Assembly (NCBI RefSeq): GCF_964355755.1 | Contig: NC_092675.1 | Span: 23,160,912 to 23,224,911, forward strand | Length of the DNA stretch: 64,000 nt | Source of the DNA: Antedon mediterranea | Lineage: Eukaryota > Animalia > Echinodermata | Direction of reading: 5' to 3' | In this document: one piece after another, positions 25,901 to 38,345 of the stretch | Layout of the letters: the number at the start of each line of letters is the position of its first letter | Position numbering within the stretch: the stretch's first letter is position 1 | Translations under genes and position numbers: made by a program | Notes under the pieces: generated by a model | What the model was told of the DNA's origin: nothing | Database searches by the model: none | What the model saw: only the letters and a program-made list of their open reading frames with translations

Positions 25901-28900
25901 CAATTCGTGAAGTTATAATTGATTTGTTTGTAGGCCTATGTTTAACAAAAGGGCAAATATATTTTTCATAAAACTGTTTTATGCGGCCCAAATCAATTAA
26001 TATGCTATTTAAAACATATACTTTATACTTTTTTAAATTATTCTATAGGTTTCAACATATTCGTATAGTGACAACAACAAACACTCCTCAAACGTGGTTG
26101 GGAATGGTGCTATTCAGTTTAAAACTCAAATAATTCGTGATTGGTCATCGGTACATGCTATATGGCACTTCATTGATCCCGAGAGCCCGATTGTGGATTA
26201 CACTTGGGCAATAGGTAAACAAAACATTGCATGTATACTTGATGTCATTTTATAGCAATATTATTAATTGTTGGTTCTCTTTTACTTGCAACAAAGCCAT
26301 AATAGTGTTGAGCATCTGAAATTGTATTGATTCTTTGAAGATATGAAGAATTTGTACGCCTATTTGTGGAAATGTTTTCTATAATATAAACTTTGATACG
26401 TGTATGACTCTTACAGGTACTATTCCAGGAGGAACACAGGTGCAAGGATTTAAATCAACTGGATCAAAAAAAGAAGGAATCAACAGTGACATCACTCTAC
26501 AAAATGGAGTCAAAATATACATCACTGTTATCGCTACTAATGCAGCTGACCTATCAACTCGAGTTATAAGTGCGCCCCTTACCATAGATATGACTGAACC
26601 TGTTGTTGACTTTGTCTATGATGGTTTAGAGTCTAATGATATTGACTTTCAAACTAATCATGATATTGTAGTCACGTGGTCAGCACTTGATGCGGAGAGT
26701 GGAATTTACTTGTGCGAATGGGCAATAGGTTAGTTTATGCGAAAATCATAGTAGACCCTAATTAGTACAATTATAATTTAGTACAATAATTACTCGTGAA
26801 AAAACATGAACAATAGAAACACAAACATCAAGGCCAAAATAATTCCTGCGTAAATATAGAATACAGGATGTTACACTGTTCTGTAGGCCTACCAGATTTT
26901 TTTTTCCATTTCTTTATTTATTGAATATGACATATTAAAGAATAGAGACTTATATACAGAGTAAAATATAGTATTACACTTATTTATCTAATTAAAAGAA
27001 ATTACAATGATTGCTTCATTAAGAGACAAAATAAACTCACACGAGTAACACGCTGTATAATATTACTAAATTACACCTAAATTAATTCTTAATTTTTTTC
27101 ATCATATAAATAGGTTATAATCCATATTCGGAGGATATCCAGGAATACAGAGAAGTAAATTGCGATGACGGATTTGGAATAACTTTATTGAACGACACGA
27201 AATACGAAAATGTTCGATTGTTTTCTACCATGAAATTTCACAACAACGCCGGAATGAGTTCCAGACGCAGTTCTGATGGTGTTGTTATAGTAACACGTCC
27301 ACCAATTGCTGAATACGCTAATGTTCGTGTACTGATATCATCACCATCTCCATACACGCAGCGTGGATATTATCAGTCAGATACCTCTCAGGTAGAAATC
27401 GGGTGGGATGGTTTCTACGATCCTGTAAATATTGTTATCTATGAAGTAAGTTCATATGCCGCACACGAAGCATTTTTATTTAGTCTACCTTTAGAAAGCT
27501 CGAATTCTTTAATCGAATCGCACACATACAACGGTGTGTGTTCATCAATAAAACAATGTAATATTTACCCCACCATGTTGGCAAATATTGTAAATGTTTA
27601 TCTGGTCTTTATTAGGCCTATGTCGTCATCAGTTGGTCATAACATTATCTCATATAACCCATTTCACACCCTTCCAGTTACTATTAGAGTGATATATCAT
27701 TGTATTGTGCCTATTATTCGTAGAATTGGATGATAAATTGTGGCTTTGCTAGATTTAAATATAATTAGTTACAAAACTACGTGCATTTCTATGGATAAGT
27801 TAATATTGATTTTTCAATCATGTTACTGATAACAAACTTGTCATTTATTATCGAGTTAGTCTTGTTTGTCTCACTCCATAACAGCAATGTAAACAATATA
27901 TCTGTTTTGATCAGATAAGTTGTTCTAATTATATAAACCAATGTTGATATCATTATTTAGTTCCTATAGCAATTATCAGTGTAAATTTATTCATACTCAA
28001 CATAATCAACGAACCTGATAACGCATCTATGGGCATGATGGTTTAATTTACGGTTCAGATAAAATGTACACAATACCATGAGAATCATAAATCCCGTTCT
28101 ACCAGTAATGTATTTGACTGAATTTAAAGCGTTTGCTTTTTTTGCGAACTATATATTGAAATTTACTGCCAAAAGTCATAGTGCTTTGAGTATTAGTTAC
28201 TAGTTTTGCGATACGAGACTTGGACAACAAGAAAAAAGTTCTCGATCCTGCGTTAATGAACTCTTAAAGAATTAATACCAAAACGGGAATTGAATCTTTT
28301 CGGTGTTTTACTGTGATAAAAACAAAATAAATCGCTGTTAAAAGTCCCCCTTTTCCCCTAAATTATTAACATACACTTTACACCTTGATTGTAAAACATG
28401 TAAGTGGTCATATGAAACCACAAGTGTTTGCACGCTATGAAACAATGGTGGATTTTAAAATATTTATTTTTATTTTGAACTGTAAAGTTTTTGACAACAT
28501 TAGAAAAGAAGAATTAAGTAACCTAGAAAATGACCCTCTGTATTGATTGTAAATTCAAATGATGAAAAACAAGATCAGTTTTATCTTAGGGAAGAGAGTC
28601 TGTCCCTCTTTCTAATAAATCATGCGATTCATTTGATAAATGTTGTTCAAAACATTTAAGTTCTGCATGGGAGAAACGGTCCTCTTTAAGGTACTCCCAA
28701 TGATCGATTTCTAGTATTGTATTGTTGCTTAAATCGTTATAGTTTAGTTATAATTTAGTTATTCATGTGAATATGTTCTCTTCTGTTTTGTTTCTTAGAC
28801 CGCCCCACATGAGTGCCACCGATTCAAAGGTGCATGGTCAACAAATAAATTAATAATACACATTTTCCTATTAAAAATGTTTTTTTATCATCTGTTTTGT

Positions 28901-29906
28901 TCATCTCTTTACATAATATCTTTTAATACATTTCTTTGTTCATAATCATCCACTACTATTTTGTTTTCATCTTTCATCTACATATTTTCCACTTATATTC
29001 CTCATTAAATACATATTATCTAACAATTTAATAAATCATTAACATGCATATTTATCGTTTATTCTGTATTTATTATTAGCATTTATTATCATAATATAAT
29101 GATTATAATGGTACATGGTATGTATATAGTACCATACTGAATGTCACACAATAGAATGGTTTAATGTTATGGTATTGTAAAGAAAAAATAGTGATCGATA
29201 GCATCGTAACATCATGTTTAATTTAAAAACGAATGAATACCCAGATGTTTAAACAAACATATAAATATACAAATTTGTCTTTTTTTAGTGCTGCATTGGA
29301 ACCAATTCATCGATGTGCATTGATCAATGGGTTCTCTGTGGAACGTCAGATGATACACACGCAATAATTGAAGGCCTATCTCTAAATGCCCACTTTAAAT
29401 ATTCCGTATTTGTTCGTGCCGTGAATCAAGTTAATATGACCAGCAAAGCTGTTGCTTCAGAGTTTGCTACAGAGCCGTTTCCTCCTTTGACTGTCAGTAA
29501 GTAATCAAAACAGTTAATATAACAATTATAAATATCTCGTTTGTTTAAAACAAATACTTCATAAGACAATTTTTAAAATACTATGCATTAGTTGTAAATA
29601 TTAACTTTCATATTGGTAATCTTTTCTGTCTCAGATGACGTTAAAATATCGTGGCCTACAGCAGGAACCGTAAAGCTGGACTGGAACGAAACATTTCAAT
29701 CCAATTCATCTCTAATCTACGAGTTATCTCTTGGAAAGCAGGATGGCGCTTCCGATGTTGCCCAGTGGCTCGAAACTTCAGAACAAGCCATTTTACTGAA
29801 TAACATCGAAGTGAATGTCAACTACTTTTTAACTTTAACGGCAATTAACTGTGCAGGGCTGGATTCTACCGTTAATGCCACATTCTACCAGATTGACATT
29901 CCGTAG
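4951..29906 (+). CDS. Giant secreted multidomain protein (~52 exons, ~3,400 aa): signal peptide, C-type lectin, Cys-rich/EGF, tandem FN3/Ig-like repeats, carbohydrate-binding-like module
   Basis: Exon 1 4951-5011 MAFKIGLLIWILITYGVLIA (signal peptide) + GTAAGT. A chain of GT-AG exons coincides with the plus-strand ORFs. Recurrent motifs W.GF.D.(E/H)SGI..Y...(I/V)G, Y..V.A.N.AGL and SDG(V/F).VD.(T/S)PP. Last exon 29635-29906 ends ATFYQIDIP-TAG. No in-frame stops seen in the exons I translated. Confidence 0.9.
6044..6935 (+). other. C-type lectin domain exons (6044-6198, 6477-6577, 6796-6935) of the giant gene
   Basis: Spliced: CPSGWSGYGSYCY...C...IVSIHSSGEN/TFV...AWIGMT...YYWKDGT.../YWSSGQPN...DADCVKM...RWNDEEC...GYVCK; canonical CTLD cysteines plus WIG, QPN and WND motifs. 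Confidence 0.92.
7150..8162 (+). other. Three Cys-rich phase-1 exons, the last EGF-like
   Basis: CNVGNC...CRCSSC...C; CTVIQNC...C...C..C...C; CYPGTC.....CTCTAGFSGSDC (EGF CxCxxGFxGxxC). Confidence 0.8.
15797..16075 (-). mobile_element. SINE-like element copy 1 (B-box head remnant, conserved body, (CAAT)n tail)
   Basis: Body ACTGGGTAACCTCTTCAGT...CACCGGGGTAACCCCCTACTCGTCTC...GGTTCTTTAAAGTGCACACGAGCTAG shared with 22608-22820 and 63105-63300; minus-strand GGGTTCGAG near 16048-16056; ATTG microsatellite 15797-15862. Confidence 0.8.
22608..22820 (+). mobile_element. SINE-like element copy 2
   Basis: Reverse complement of the 15875-16015 body at high identity; ends in TCAATCAATCAATCAA just before the AG acceptor at 22831-22832. 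Confidence 0.82.
25169..25776 (+). other. Largest exon of the giant gene; galactose-binding-like/DUF642-like carbohydrate-binding module
   Basis: NILTNPSFE...W...QSVKTEPGHHYMLTF...WQKHVYFFTA......L......LLDNVTV resembles CBM-type beta-sandwich signatures; family assignment is inference. Confidence 0.6.
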
Positions 29907-30119
29907 AACACATGTGTTGATTGATTGTTTGTTTTATTATGACATTTTATACATTTAAAAATCAGATTAAAGTAAAGCAATAATTAAATCACTAATTTAT
30001 ATTTTTGATGATATTATTCATTATAGTGTCCGTGTTGTTATCTATAGTTATTTCATTAGGCCTATTATTAACATTGGTAATGTATAACACCTGTGTGTGA
30101 ACTTCTTAGATCAAACGTA

Positions 30120-30640
30120 GGCGACACAACCTGTTCTGTTTTATCTCTACTGAACGGAAAAATGATATCTAATGGTGACAATGGTCTATTACAGAACGTT
30201 CAAATTTGTTCAACAATGTTGTGCAATCATTACTACCAAACTTATCCGGGTTCGAAAACAATCTGCAATGTGCGCCGTCTTATAACTGTTCTAACTCCGC
30301 GTCCACAGTTAAAGCGCTGCCTTTCTGAATAGCATTCCTCCTAGCCTATATACGCCGATTCGAAACTTGTTCAATAGGTGACACAACCTGTTCTGTTTTA
30401 TTTCTACTGAACGGAAAAGTGATATCTAATGGTGATATTTTATGGCTTACTACTGAACGTTCAAATTTGTTCATCAATGTTGTGCAATCATTACTACCAA
30501 ACTTATCCGAGTTCGAAACCAATCTGCAATGTGCGTCGTCTGTAACTGTTCTACTCCGCGTCCACAATTGAATCGCTGCCTTTCTGATTTTATAGCATTC
30601 CTCCTAGCCTATACACTACACTAGCCGACACTTGTTCAAT
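30120..30640. repeat. Tandem dimer, period ~257 bp
   Basis: GACACAACCTGTTCTGTTTTAT...GAACGTTCAAATTTGTTCA...ATAGCATTCCTCCTAGCCTATA occurs at ~30123-30350 and ~30380-30612. Confidence 0.9.
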
Positions 30641-33600
30641 ATATAATTAACGATCTCGTTGAAATAAATTTGTTAAATGGAGAGAATATTTAATTCGTTG
30701 AAAGATTGACTTTACATTTTCTCCCATTCAACTTCTTTGCATTCATTATTGTATTGTACACCAAGAACCAATAATTAAAATGCAATGTAGGCCGAATGTA
30801 ATTTAAAAGTGAATCAAATGAAGTAAACTAAATAATAAATGATGACGATTTAAAGGATGATGTATATGAGTATATTCAATAATATATAATTGATCTAAAA
30901 TATTTAACATGATTGTGATTACTATTATTATTATGTTATGTATATTGATTTAGTGTGGAGAATGAAATTATTCACAATTAAAATATTAATTTATGAAAGT
31001 TACGGTAGTGATTATTAGGAAGTGTAGGAAGTATGATGTCGTTTATGATAGTAATATTTTGATAAAAAATGATTATGAAAAATGAAGACGTCAAAAATCG
31101 AGCTGAAAGGATCATGCACCATCAATCGCCTAGTGAAAATACAGGCGTTTTAGAATCATGTCATATTAATAATACAAGTCACTTTAATACAAGTTTCACA
31201 AAGCAAATATGTGTCTGTAACACTTGGTCAATGTTCACGCAGTAGATGCTAATAAGCTATATGAAAACAATATGCCATGATGTAGCTATACTGTGTTCGA
31301 ATCAGAACATGTTACAAAACGTGTAATGATGGCTTTATATACCTCGCTGGTATACATATTGCATATCAATACCAAACTGACAAATACAATATATATAATA
31401 CATAACTATATTGATACTTTTGTGATTTGTGATGTATGTTTATATAGCCAATTGATTGCGATTGTTAATGATAATTAATGATTAAAAGGAAAATTATTCA
31501 AATTATCCAGGTTGTTGTCTTTATACCGGTACATTTTTTTTTAAATTTTTTTTAAACCAGATAAATGATTGTTCTTTCTGGTTTAGTAATCATTCGAGAA
31601 CTGGTTAAAGTTTTCCATGGCGAATAAACACTATACTATAGGCCTAAGTTAACGTTTAAAAAAATATTGTTGTATAATATAATAAATATGGAAGCTACAC
31701 TTTTGAGACAGTGGCACACTTTTTGTGAAGATGCGTCCACAATAATTATAATAAAGGAAAAGAAAGACTTAACAATAGAAGAAGCAAATAGAAAGAAGCA
31801 TTTATCTAAGTTTAGATAGACAATATTAATGTCTAACAATCAAACAATGTGTATATTAAAAATAATCATTATGCAGAATATTGATAAAGGTTAATGTCCA
31901 TTTCTTGACAAGGCAAATTAACATAGTGGTGGTGTGTTTAAGTAAATAACAACGCAACAATAATATGTTGTTTTCATAGAGACAAATGAGAAGCGTAGCT
32001 AGGCAATGTGAATACAGACAATAATCAACTAGATAACACGTTTGAATACCGAATACGTTGTTGCCTAATACAATGTAATACTTTAAGCTGTTTTACATAG
32101 GGAGGCTTATTTTAGATGTCCTATACGCACATTCGATTTGTTTTTTTATAGGAAACCGCTTTACTGTTACTAGGACTACTGTACGAATCCGCTCTATAAA
32201 AATTTAAAAATTACCAACACGCTTACGTACAAGCCTATTCCAAAAGAAATAAAAACAAAATTATTATTATCATTATTATTATTCATTAAATTGTAATATT
32301 GTATTATTATATTATTATATTATTATTGTATTATTATTGTAATATTGTAATTGTAATATTCGTTTAAAAAAAATACCAGTTTAATCATAAACATCTTAAT
32401 GCAAAATTTACAACACTACCTTCATATTGGCAGCATGCTGTTGGTATTTTATATTAGCAATAATGTGTATGTAGTTAACAACAAGCAATAAATAAATACA
32501 GAAGACAAAAAAAGTATTTATATAAATTGTTATAGCCGAACTTAAATAATGATTATGATTATTCACACCACAGTTTCTTTCGTGTGTCGAAATCGTGGAC
32601 AAAAGAAAAAAAGAAAATTATATCAAAATTGAAATTTTACGGTTTACAAAAAATAAAGATTTTTATTTTACAGAATTATATAGAATTTCTCCGGATGTCT
32701 TTAATAATCAATTGCGACCACGTTGATAATACGATATAATGCTTATAAAGCGTCAGCATGAACACAGCTGTCTTGTTTTAGTAATTTCATCATACAGTAG
32801 TAAAATAGTAATTTATTATAGGATTCGCTGAATCACATTATTTGACAGGTAAACATTAATTTAAACAAATAATGAATGTTGACTTGAAAGATTGACAGTT
32901 TTCTTCTTCTTTCAGCCGAAGAACTTCATACTTTAATTCGATGTCAGAGGCCAGACCATGACGGAAAAAAAATGGGGCATGTGTTTTTATCGCGAATAAT
33001 TTATAGGCTGGTTATAGTCTAGAAAAGTGTTTTTAGAATTATGTTTTTGATCTGGTCCTACTAATCATGACATCATAAAAGATTATCCTATAGAAGATGA
33101 ACACCTTTCTTGTTATATGTAAGAAAAATGCATAATGTATCTAGATATCGTCAATCGTCATTATCCTATAAATGGGCTTTTACCCACTCGTAAAAAAAAC
33201 TTATGCCACAAAATATCACTGACACAAATTAGACAATTAATTGTGTTCTTTGATTTTTTTTTTATTCCACAACTAAACACCTTTTTGTATTAGAAATATA
33301 CAATCTGAATATTAATCGTACATATAACAAACACATCAAATATATACAAACAAACTCTATACAGTAATATCAATGAAGCAGTTCGTTCCATGCTACGTGG
33401 TATACTGTATCCAGCGTATTATAAGGCGGCACAACATCATATTTATTCTATTTTGTTTAATTTATACGTCTATAGTGAAATGCAAGCAAATACATTAAAT
33501 GCAGTTAGAAAAATATACCATTAGGCCTAATTAAAGTAAATTGCATACGTATTATATTAATGCATTATCTCTAAACTGTTAAATAGAAAGAAAATTTCAA

Positions 33601-34160
33601 TTTATCGTCTCTCTTCTTTTTTTTCCCTTAAATTTTCTGTAAATCAATAACAAAAATACAACATGTACAATATTATTCATAAAAATAAATTAGCGAACAT
33701 AACATGTTTCGTCAGGAAGTCTATATAATTGATAATTTAGCCCTTGATAAAATATAAAAACCCAGAACAATTACATTAATCTAATTAGATATGTTATTTA
33801 TTAGTTTGTTATTTAAACATAATTTCAATAGGCATATATATGTACAGTACAAGGCAAAACGAAAGTTTTCATTTTTGCTCCTGAAAATGTAATGTTCATA
33901 CTTTCCAAACCTATTAGTTTGTTCTTTTTAGTGGAGTTTATCTTATGGATTTACGAGCATTTTTTCCATGGTAGTTTTGCCAAAGAGTCTATACAGTACA
34001 GAGATAGACACAATGCTGTTATTATTTTACTGTCTCTTATGTTGTCCCGCGATAATTACGGTTGATATCATAACCTTCTTTAGATGCATTTCATAACAAA
34101 CATTTCACATCATAGGTGCTTCTTTAAGATACTAACTAAATTAGGGATACACATAGTGAT

Positions 34161-36125
34161 TTATGGCGTGCTCGATGATGGTGTAGTCATGTCAGTGAAG
34201 TCGTCGGTGATTAATAATGTTGAGTTCATTTCATCAGTTGTAACGGCTGTCGTGTTAATAACGGTGGTGATTGGATCTGTAGTTATTGTTGTCGTTATGT
34301 TAGGTGTATTTGTTGAGGGTTGGGATACTGACGTGTTATTTCCATTTACCGTTGTATTTGAAGTTGTCAGACTATTTGTAGTAATATTACTCGTTGAGAT
34401 ACTTGGCGCAGACGTCATTATTGATGTTGTTTGAGAATTTGATGTAGTCTTGTTAACTAATGCTGTAGTAGTAAAATCAGTTGTTGTAATTTGTGTATTT
34501 GTAGGCAGGTTTGGGTTGGATGTAGTCTTGTCAACCAATGTCGTAGTTAAATCTGCCGTCGTTGATGATGGTGGTGTTACGTTCTTAGTTGTTGGTGTAG
34601 TTGGCGCAGACCTACTTATTGATGTTGTTTGGGGATTTGATTTAGGCAGGTTTGAGTTGGATGTAGTCTTGTCAACCAATTCCGTAGTTGAATCTACCAG
34701 TAATGTACTTGGTGTTAAGTCCTTGGTTGTTGGTGTACTTCGGGTATTTGCTATAGGCGGGTCAGTTTCGTCGGTTGTGTAGTTTCCATACGCCCACGTA
34801 GTTGAGTCAGTTATGTTTAAATCATATAAAGGATCAGTTGTTCCTCCTGGTAGGATCGTTTCTGTTTTGGTCGTTGGTGGTGTAGCTAAAATACAAAATG
34901 ACATTATAGATTCGTTATAGATTCAATTGCATGGACCGGTAAGAACATCTTTAACAAAAATATGTTTAAAATGTAAAAATCAACAGGCTCTTTACCCAAA
35001 CAAGAACAAACAGCATTGTTCTACCATTTTAATAACTCGTCTTGCTAGTTTACAATGTTTTAATAACAATTTAAAAAAGTGAATACTGAAATATTGTTTC
35101 CATGTACATAATGTGTAGTATAATTGTTTTAATACTAGACCAAAAGTCGCTATCCTATCGGGTTTGAACAATACCATGAAAGCCCCAGTGGTCAAACGGT
35201 TATGGCATCTGTATATCAAGCAGAAGTTTCCGGGTTCGAATCTCGGTCCTCATCTTATCGTTTCAAATTCATTAATACATTTTCAGTATATCAACGGGCG
35301 ATTTAGAACTAACATACACCAATGTCTGATACAAAACAAATTTCAATGACCAATATTAAAATAATTGTTTCTTTTTTTTTAAATGAAATTAATGATTTCA
35401 TTTAAAAACGGTAGAGATGAGGAAATCAGTGAGAATGAGAAAAAGCAACTGAGATAATAGTTATAGTATAGGTGGCATAGATTGCATCACACACTCCATA
35501 TTTAGAATTGTATGCATTGCTGATTAATAATTATATTTTTCTTTGATTTTAGGTGCACCTATAGGCCTAGTCTTAGTAACTAAAGATCACGTTATTTGTA
35601 CCTATCTAATGTTCATGGTAACTTATAACATTGTGGGTTTGGTGACCCGTATACGGAATAAAATTTCTCATTGAAGAAAACTGAATATAAATATATGTAT
35701 ATAAGTTAATTTTATACGATTATACTATGTTTACAGTGTGGTGTTCATTAACTAAACTAGTTAACTCTATTAAATCCATGCTTATTATTTTATTTTTTAA
35801 CTACCGACAATGGACAGTATTCATAATGTTTAGAAGAACATACAAGACACTTACTAGGATCAGTGGGGTCTTCAATGAGAAGAAGACATAAAGTAACAGT
35901 GACTACAACGACTACTACTGTAACTGCTCCTACAATTCCAACAGCCATAGTATGTGCTCCAATCCATGATTTACACCCGGACGTTTCTTGGTTCTCCACA
36001 TCTTGTTCGACCAAATGGTCTGTTGATTTTACTTTTTCAACAGTTTCCTTGTCTTCCACTTGTCCTGGAATTGAAATAGTGCTAAGCTCCATATTGCCAT
36101 TTCCATTTGTTTCCTTTTGACTCAT
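34161..36125 (-). CDS. Type II single-pass membrane mucin-like protein (2 exons: 36125-35855, 34885-34161; ~331 aa)
   Basis: Exon 1: acidic N-terminal tail then TM AVGIVGAVTVVVVVVTVTLCLLLI, phase-1 donor GTAAGT. Exon 2: phase-compatible AG, Thr/Ser/Pro/Asn-rich ORF with many N-x-S/T sequons and 3x TTxLV(D/N)KTTSN repeats, stop TAA. Total 996 nt. Confidence 0.8.
35182..35250 (+). pseudogene. tRNA-derived fragment (tRNA-Arg-like pseudogene or SINE head) in the mucin intron
   Basis: GCCCCAGTGGTCAAACGGTTATGGC (A box/D arm), TCTG..CAGA anticodon stem, CCGGG-TTCGAAT-CTCGG T arm; acceptor stem does not pair. Confidence 0.6.
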
Positions 36126-37233
36126 GGTGAAAAGTGGAGTAGTTTTTTTCTTTATGAAAGATGTTTAACCATGAACGTTATAGTTTGAAGTGACGGTTGA
36201 TATCAGTCACTGAAACATCACCATAACTATTAACACATTAGCATCGCCATAGTCATGGAGACAAAGTAAACAATGCTAAAGGTTGGAATATCAGTGAAAA
36301 GTTAATTTAGACATTCAAACAAAACCAAATAGCAGGCAGCTTATAAATTAAAAAAAAACACTCGAGAGACAAAAGCTGATATAATTTCTTTGAATATTTT
36401 GTTGAAAAATGTGTTTGATTTTTTTAAAATGTAATAATTCAGAAAACCAAAAAAACGAACTGTCTACTAAATCAATTATTAGCAACTAACTTACGTCTAC
36501 CAAGGCAATCAGCAAGATACTGAGCTCGTCTCGCCGCGATAGATAGGAACTCAGTCTGTCGTATGTCTGGCTACCAATAATACCGTACTATGTACATATT
36601 CTCCGCTCTTTTGAGGGGCATGGCAATAATCGTGTCGCAGCCACAGAAAAACCCTTTGGTCAATGAACACGTACGCTGAGAGTATAGTAGTGTTTTTAAA
36701 TTACTAATAAATATTTGTAGTTCCATATAATGGTTTCTATTTTAATTTTATTGAAATATTAAAATATTATTTTGTTTATCAAAAATGCATAAATGGTTAT
36801 CCTATAGTTCTAGAATAAAAACTTTCTTTCGTTTGATTTAGGCCTATGTAAGAACATTATTTGTTTATCCAGTGTAGCAGCCTTAAATTAGAACCTAGAC
36901 TAACATGGTCACTAAGAAGCTAAACTTATAATATTAATAATATATGTACCCAATTCATTTTTTAGAAGGTTTTAATAGAGTACAAATTGTAGCAAATGTG
37001 TAGGTACCATCTGATAAGAAATTTAGATTAAGGGGTTTTTTTTCTTTATAAATAATTGTGAATTGAAAATACATTTTTATGCACAATTAAATAAATTAAG
37101 CCGAAAATAATTGGCAGTTATCAAAACGTTCTTTATCATAGTACCAAGCACTAACAATTTACGCAGGAGGCTAGAAAATATTTTTTGGTTCCAGCGTCGC
37201 GGGACGCTAAGATAAAAGTAAAGAAGTACTTAC

Positions 37234-37514
37234 TAGTGGAATTTGAGTTAATGAGAAGAATACATAACGTGACAGTGACTGCAACTATTAACATAATTCC
37301 TCCTACAATTAAGACCATATATGTACCATATGTTCTTTAATCCAAGATTTGCGCCCTGACGCATCTTGTTGCTCAACATCTTGATCAACCAAACGTTTGG
37401 TTGTTCAATTCCACATCTTATGTCAGCCGCTGTATTATCGTCTGTCGTTCATGGAATTGAAATATTGCTAGTTTCAACGTCTGTGTTTCTATCTGTTTCT
37501 TTTCCACTACTCAT
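37234..37514 (-). pseudogene. Disabled duplicate of mucin-like gene exon 1
   Basis: MSSGKETDRNTDVETSNISIP* ... LVDQDVEQQDASGRKSWIKEH ... IVGGIMLIVAVTVTLCILLI + phase-1 GTAAGT aligns to MSQKETNGNGNMELSTISIPG...LVEQDVENQETSGCKSWIGAH...VTVTLCLLLI; TGA at codon 22 and a frameshift before the TM. Confidence 0.85.
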
Positions 37515-38308
37515 AATTCGAATGTAATTGATTGATTTCAGTTCATAAAACTAACCCCCGAATAGTACACTTTCCAGTGATTATGTCTGCCAGGCATCAA
37601 AATACCAATTATAACACATTGGCAAGATATATATTAATAACTATAACAATTAGTCATAGAGACAAGGTAAACAAGAAAATAAAAGTGAAGTTTCTTTGAA
37701 AACTTCATAAAAAAATATAACTGTTTTGCGGAGTTAAGTCTAGAAGGAAATTGTCTACTGCCTAGGTAACTATTGTGAATGATTCTTTACAAGTAATAAA
37801 ATGTATTAGTACCATGGTGGTACCAAAACTCTATTTTGTCTATTGATACGAAAGCAAGTTATACAAAAGCAGTTATGTTCAATCACTCCCATAAAAATAC
37901 AAACAATAACATCTCATCATCCAGTCTGGAAACAGCAAATTTCGATTTCCTGCGCGTCCAATCCTCTAAATCATTTTATTTTGAAATGATCTTGATATAT
38001 TGTTGGGGTTTTTTGAGCCATTTACTACAATAAAAGTATTGAAACTGTATGATTCAACTTATAATAGACACATAACGTAGGTCACATACATTGTGGTGGA
38101 ACAGGGAGTATATTGGCTTTGATTTTATCTAACTCTACAATATAAATTAAATTAGCATAATGAAGTAAAATAATTATTACTCCAAGATGTGACCAACTAG
38201 ACTAATAAACGTTACACTTATTGCACCTCCCAATTGCTACACAAATTTTAAAATTAAGGACGGTTATAAAACATACCATAGGCTGACAACATGACATAAT
38301 TATGACAA

Positions 38309-38345
38309 CTAGATGGTACGCTCGCTTCGCTCGCGTACCATCTAG
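38309..38345. mobile_element. 13-bp stem hairpin around CGCTCGCTTCGCTCGCG; probable transposon (Helentron-like) terminus
   Basis: CTAGATGGTACGC-TCGCTTCGCTC-GCGTACCATCTAG is seen directly; the family assignment is inference. Confidence 0.45.

Noticed and set aside
33700-33720. Minus-strand CTGACGAAACATG as a hammerhead
   Set aside because: Core halves overlap with no stem II; at best a deleted remnant.
34084-34782. Val-rich plus-strand ORFs resembling membrane proteins
   Set aside because: Antisense shadow of the Thr-rich mucin exon (ACN codons read as GTN/NGT).
35182-35250. Functional tRNA gene
   Set aside because: Acceptor stem cannot form and the anticodon loop is irregular.
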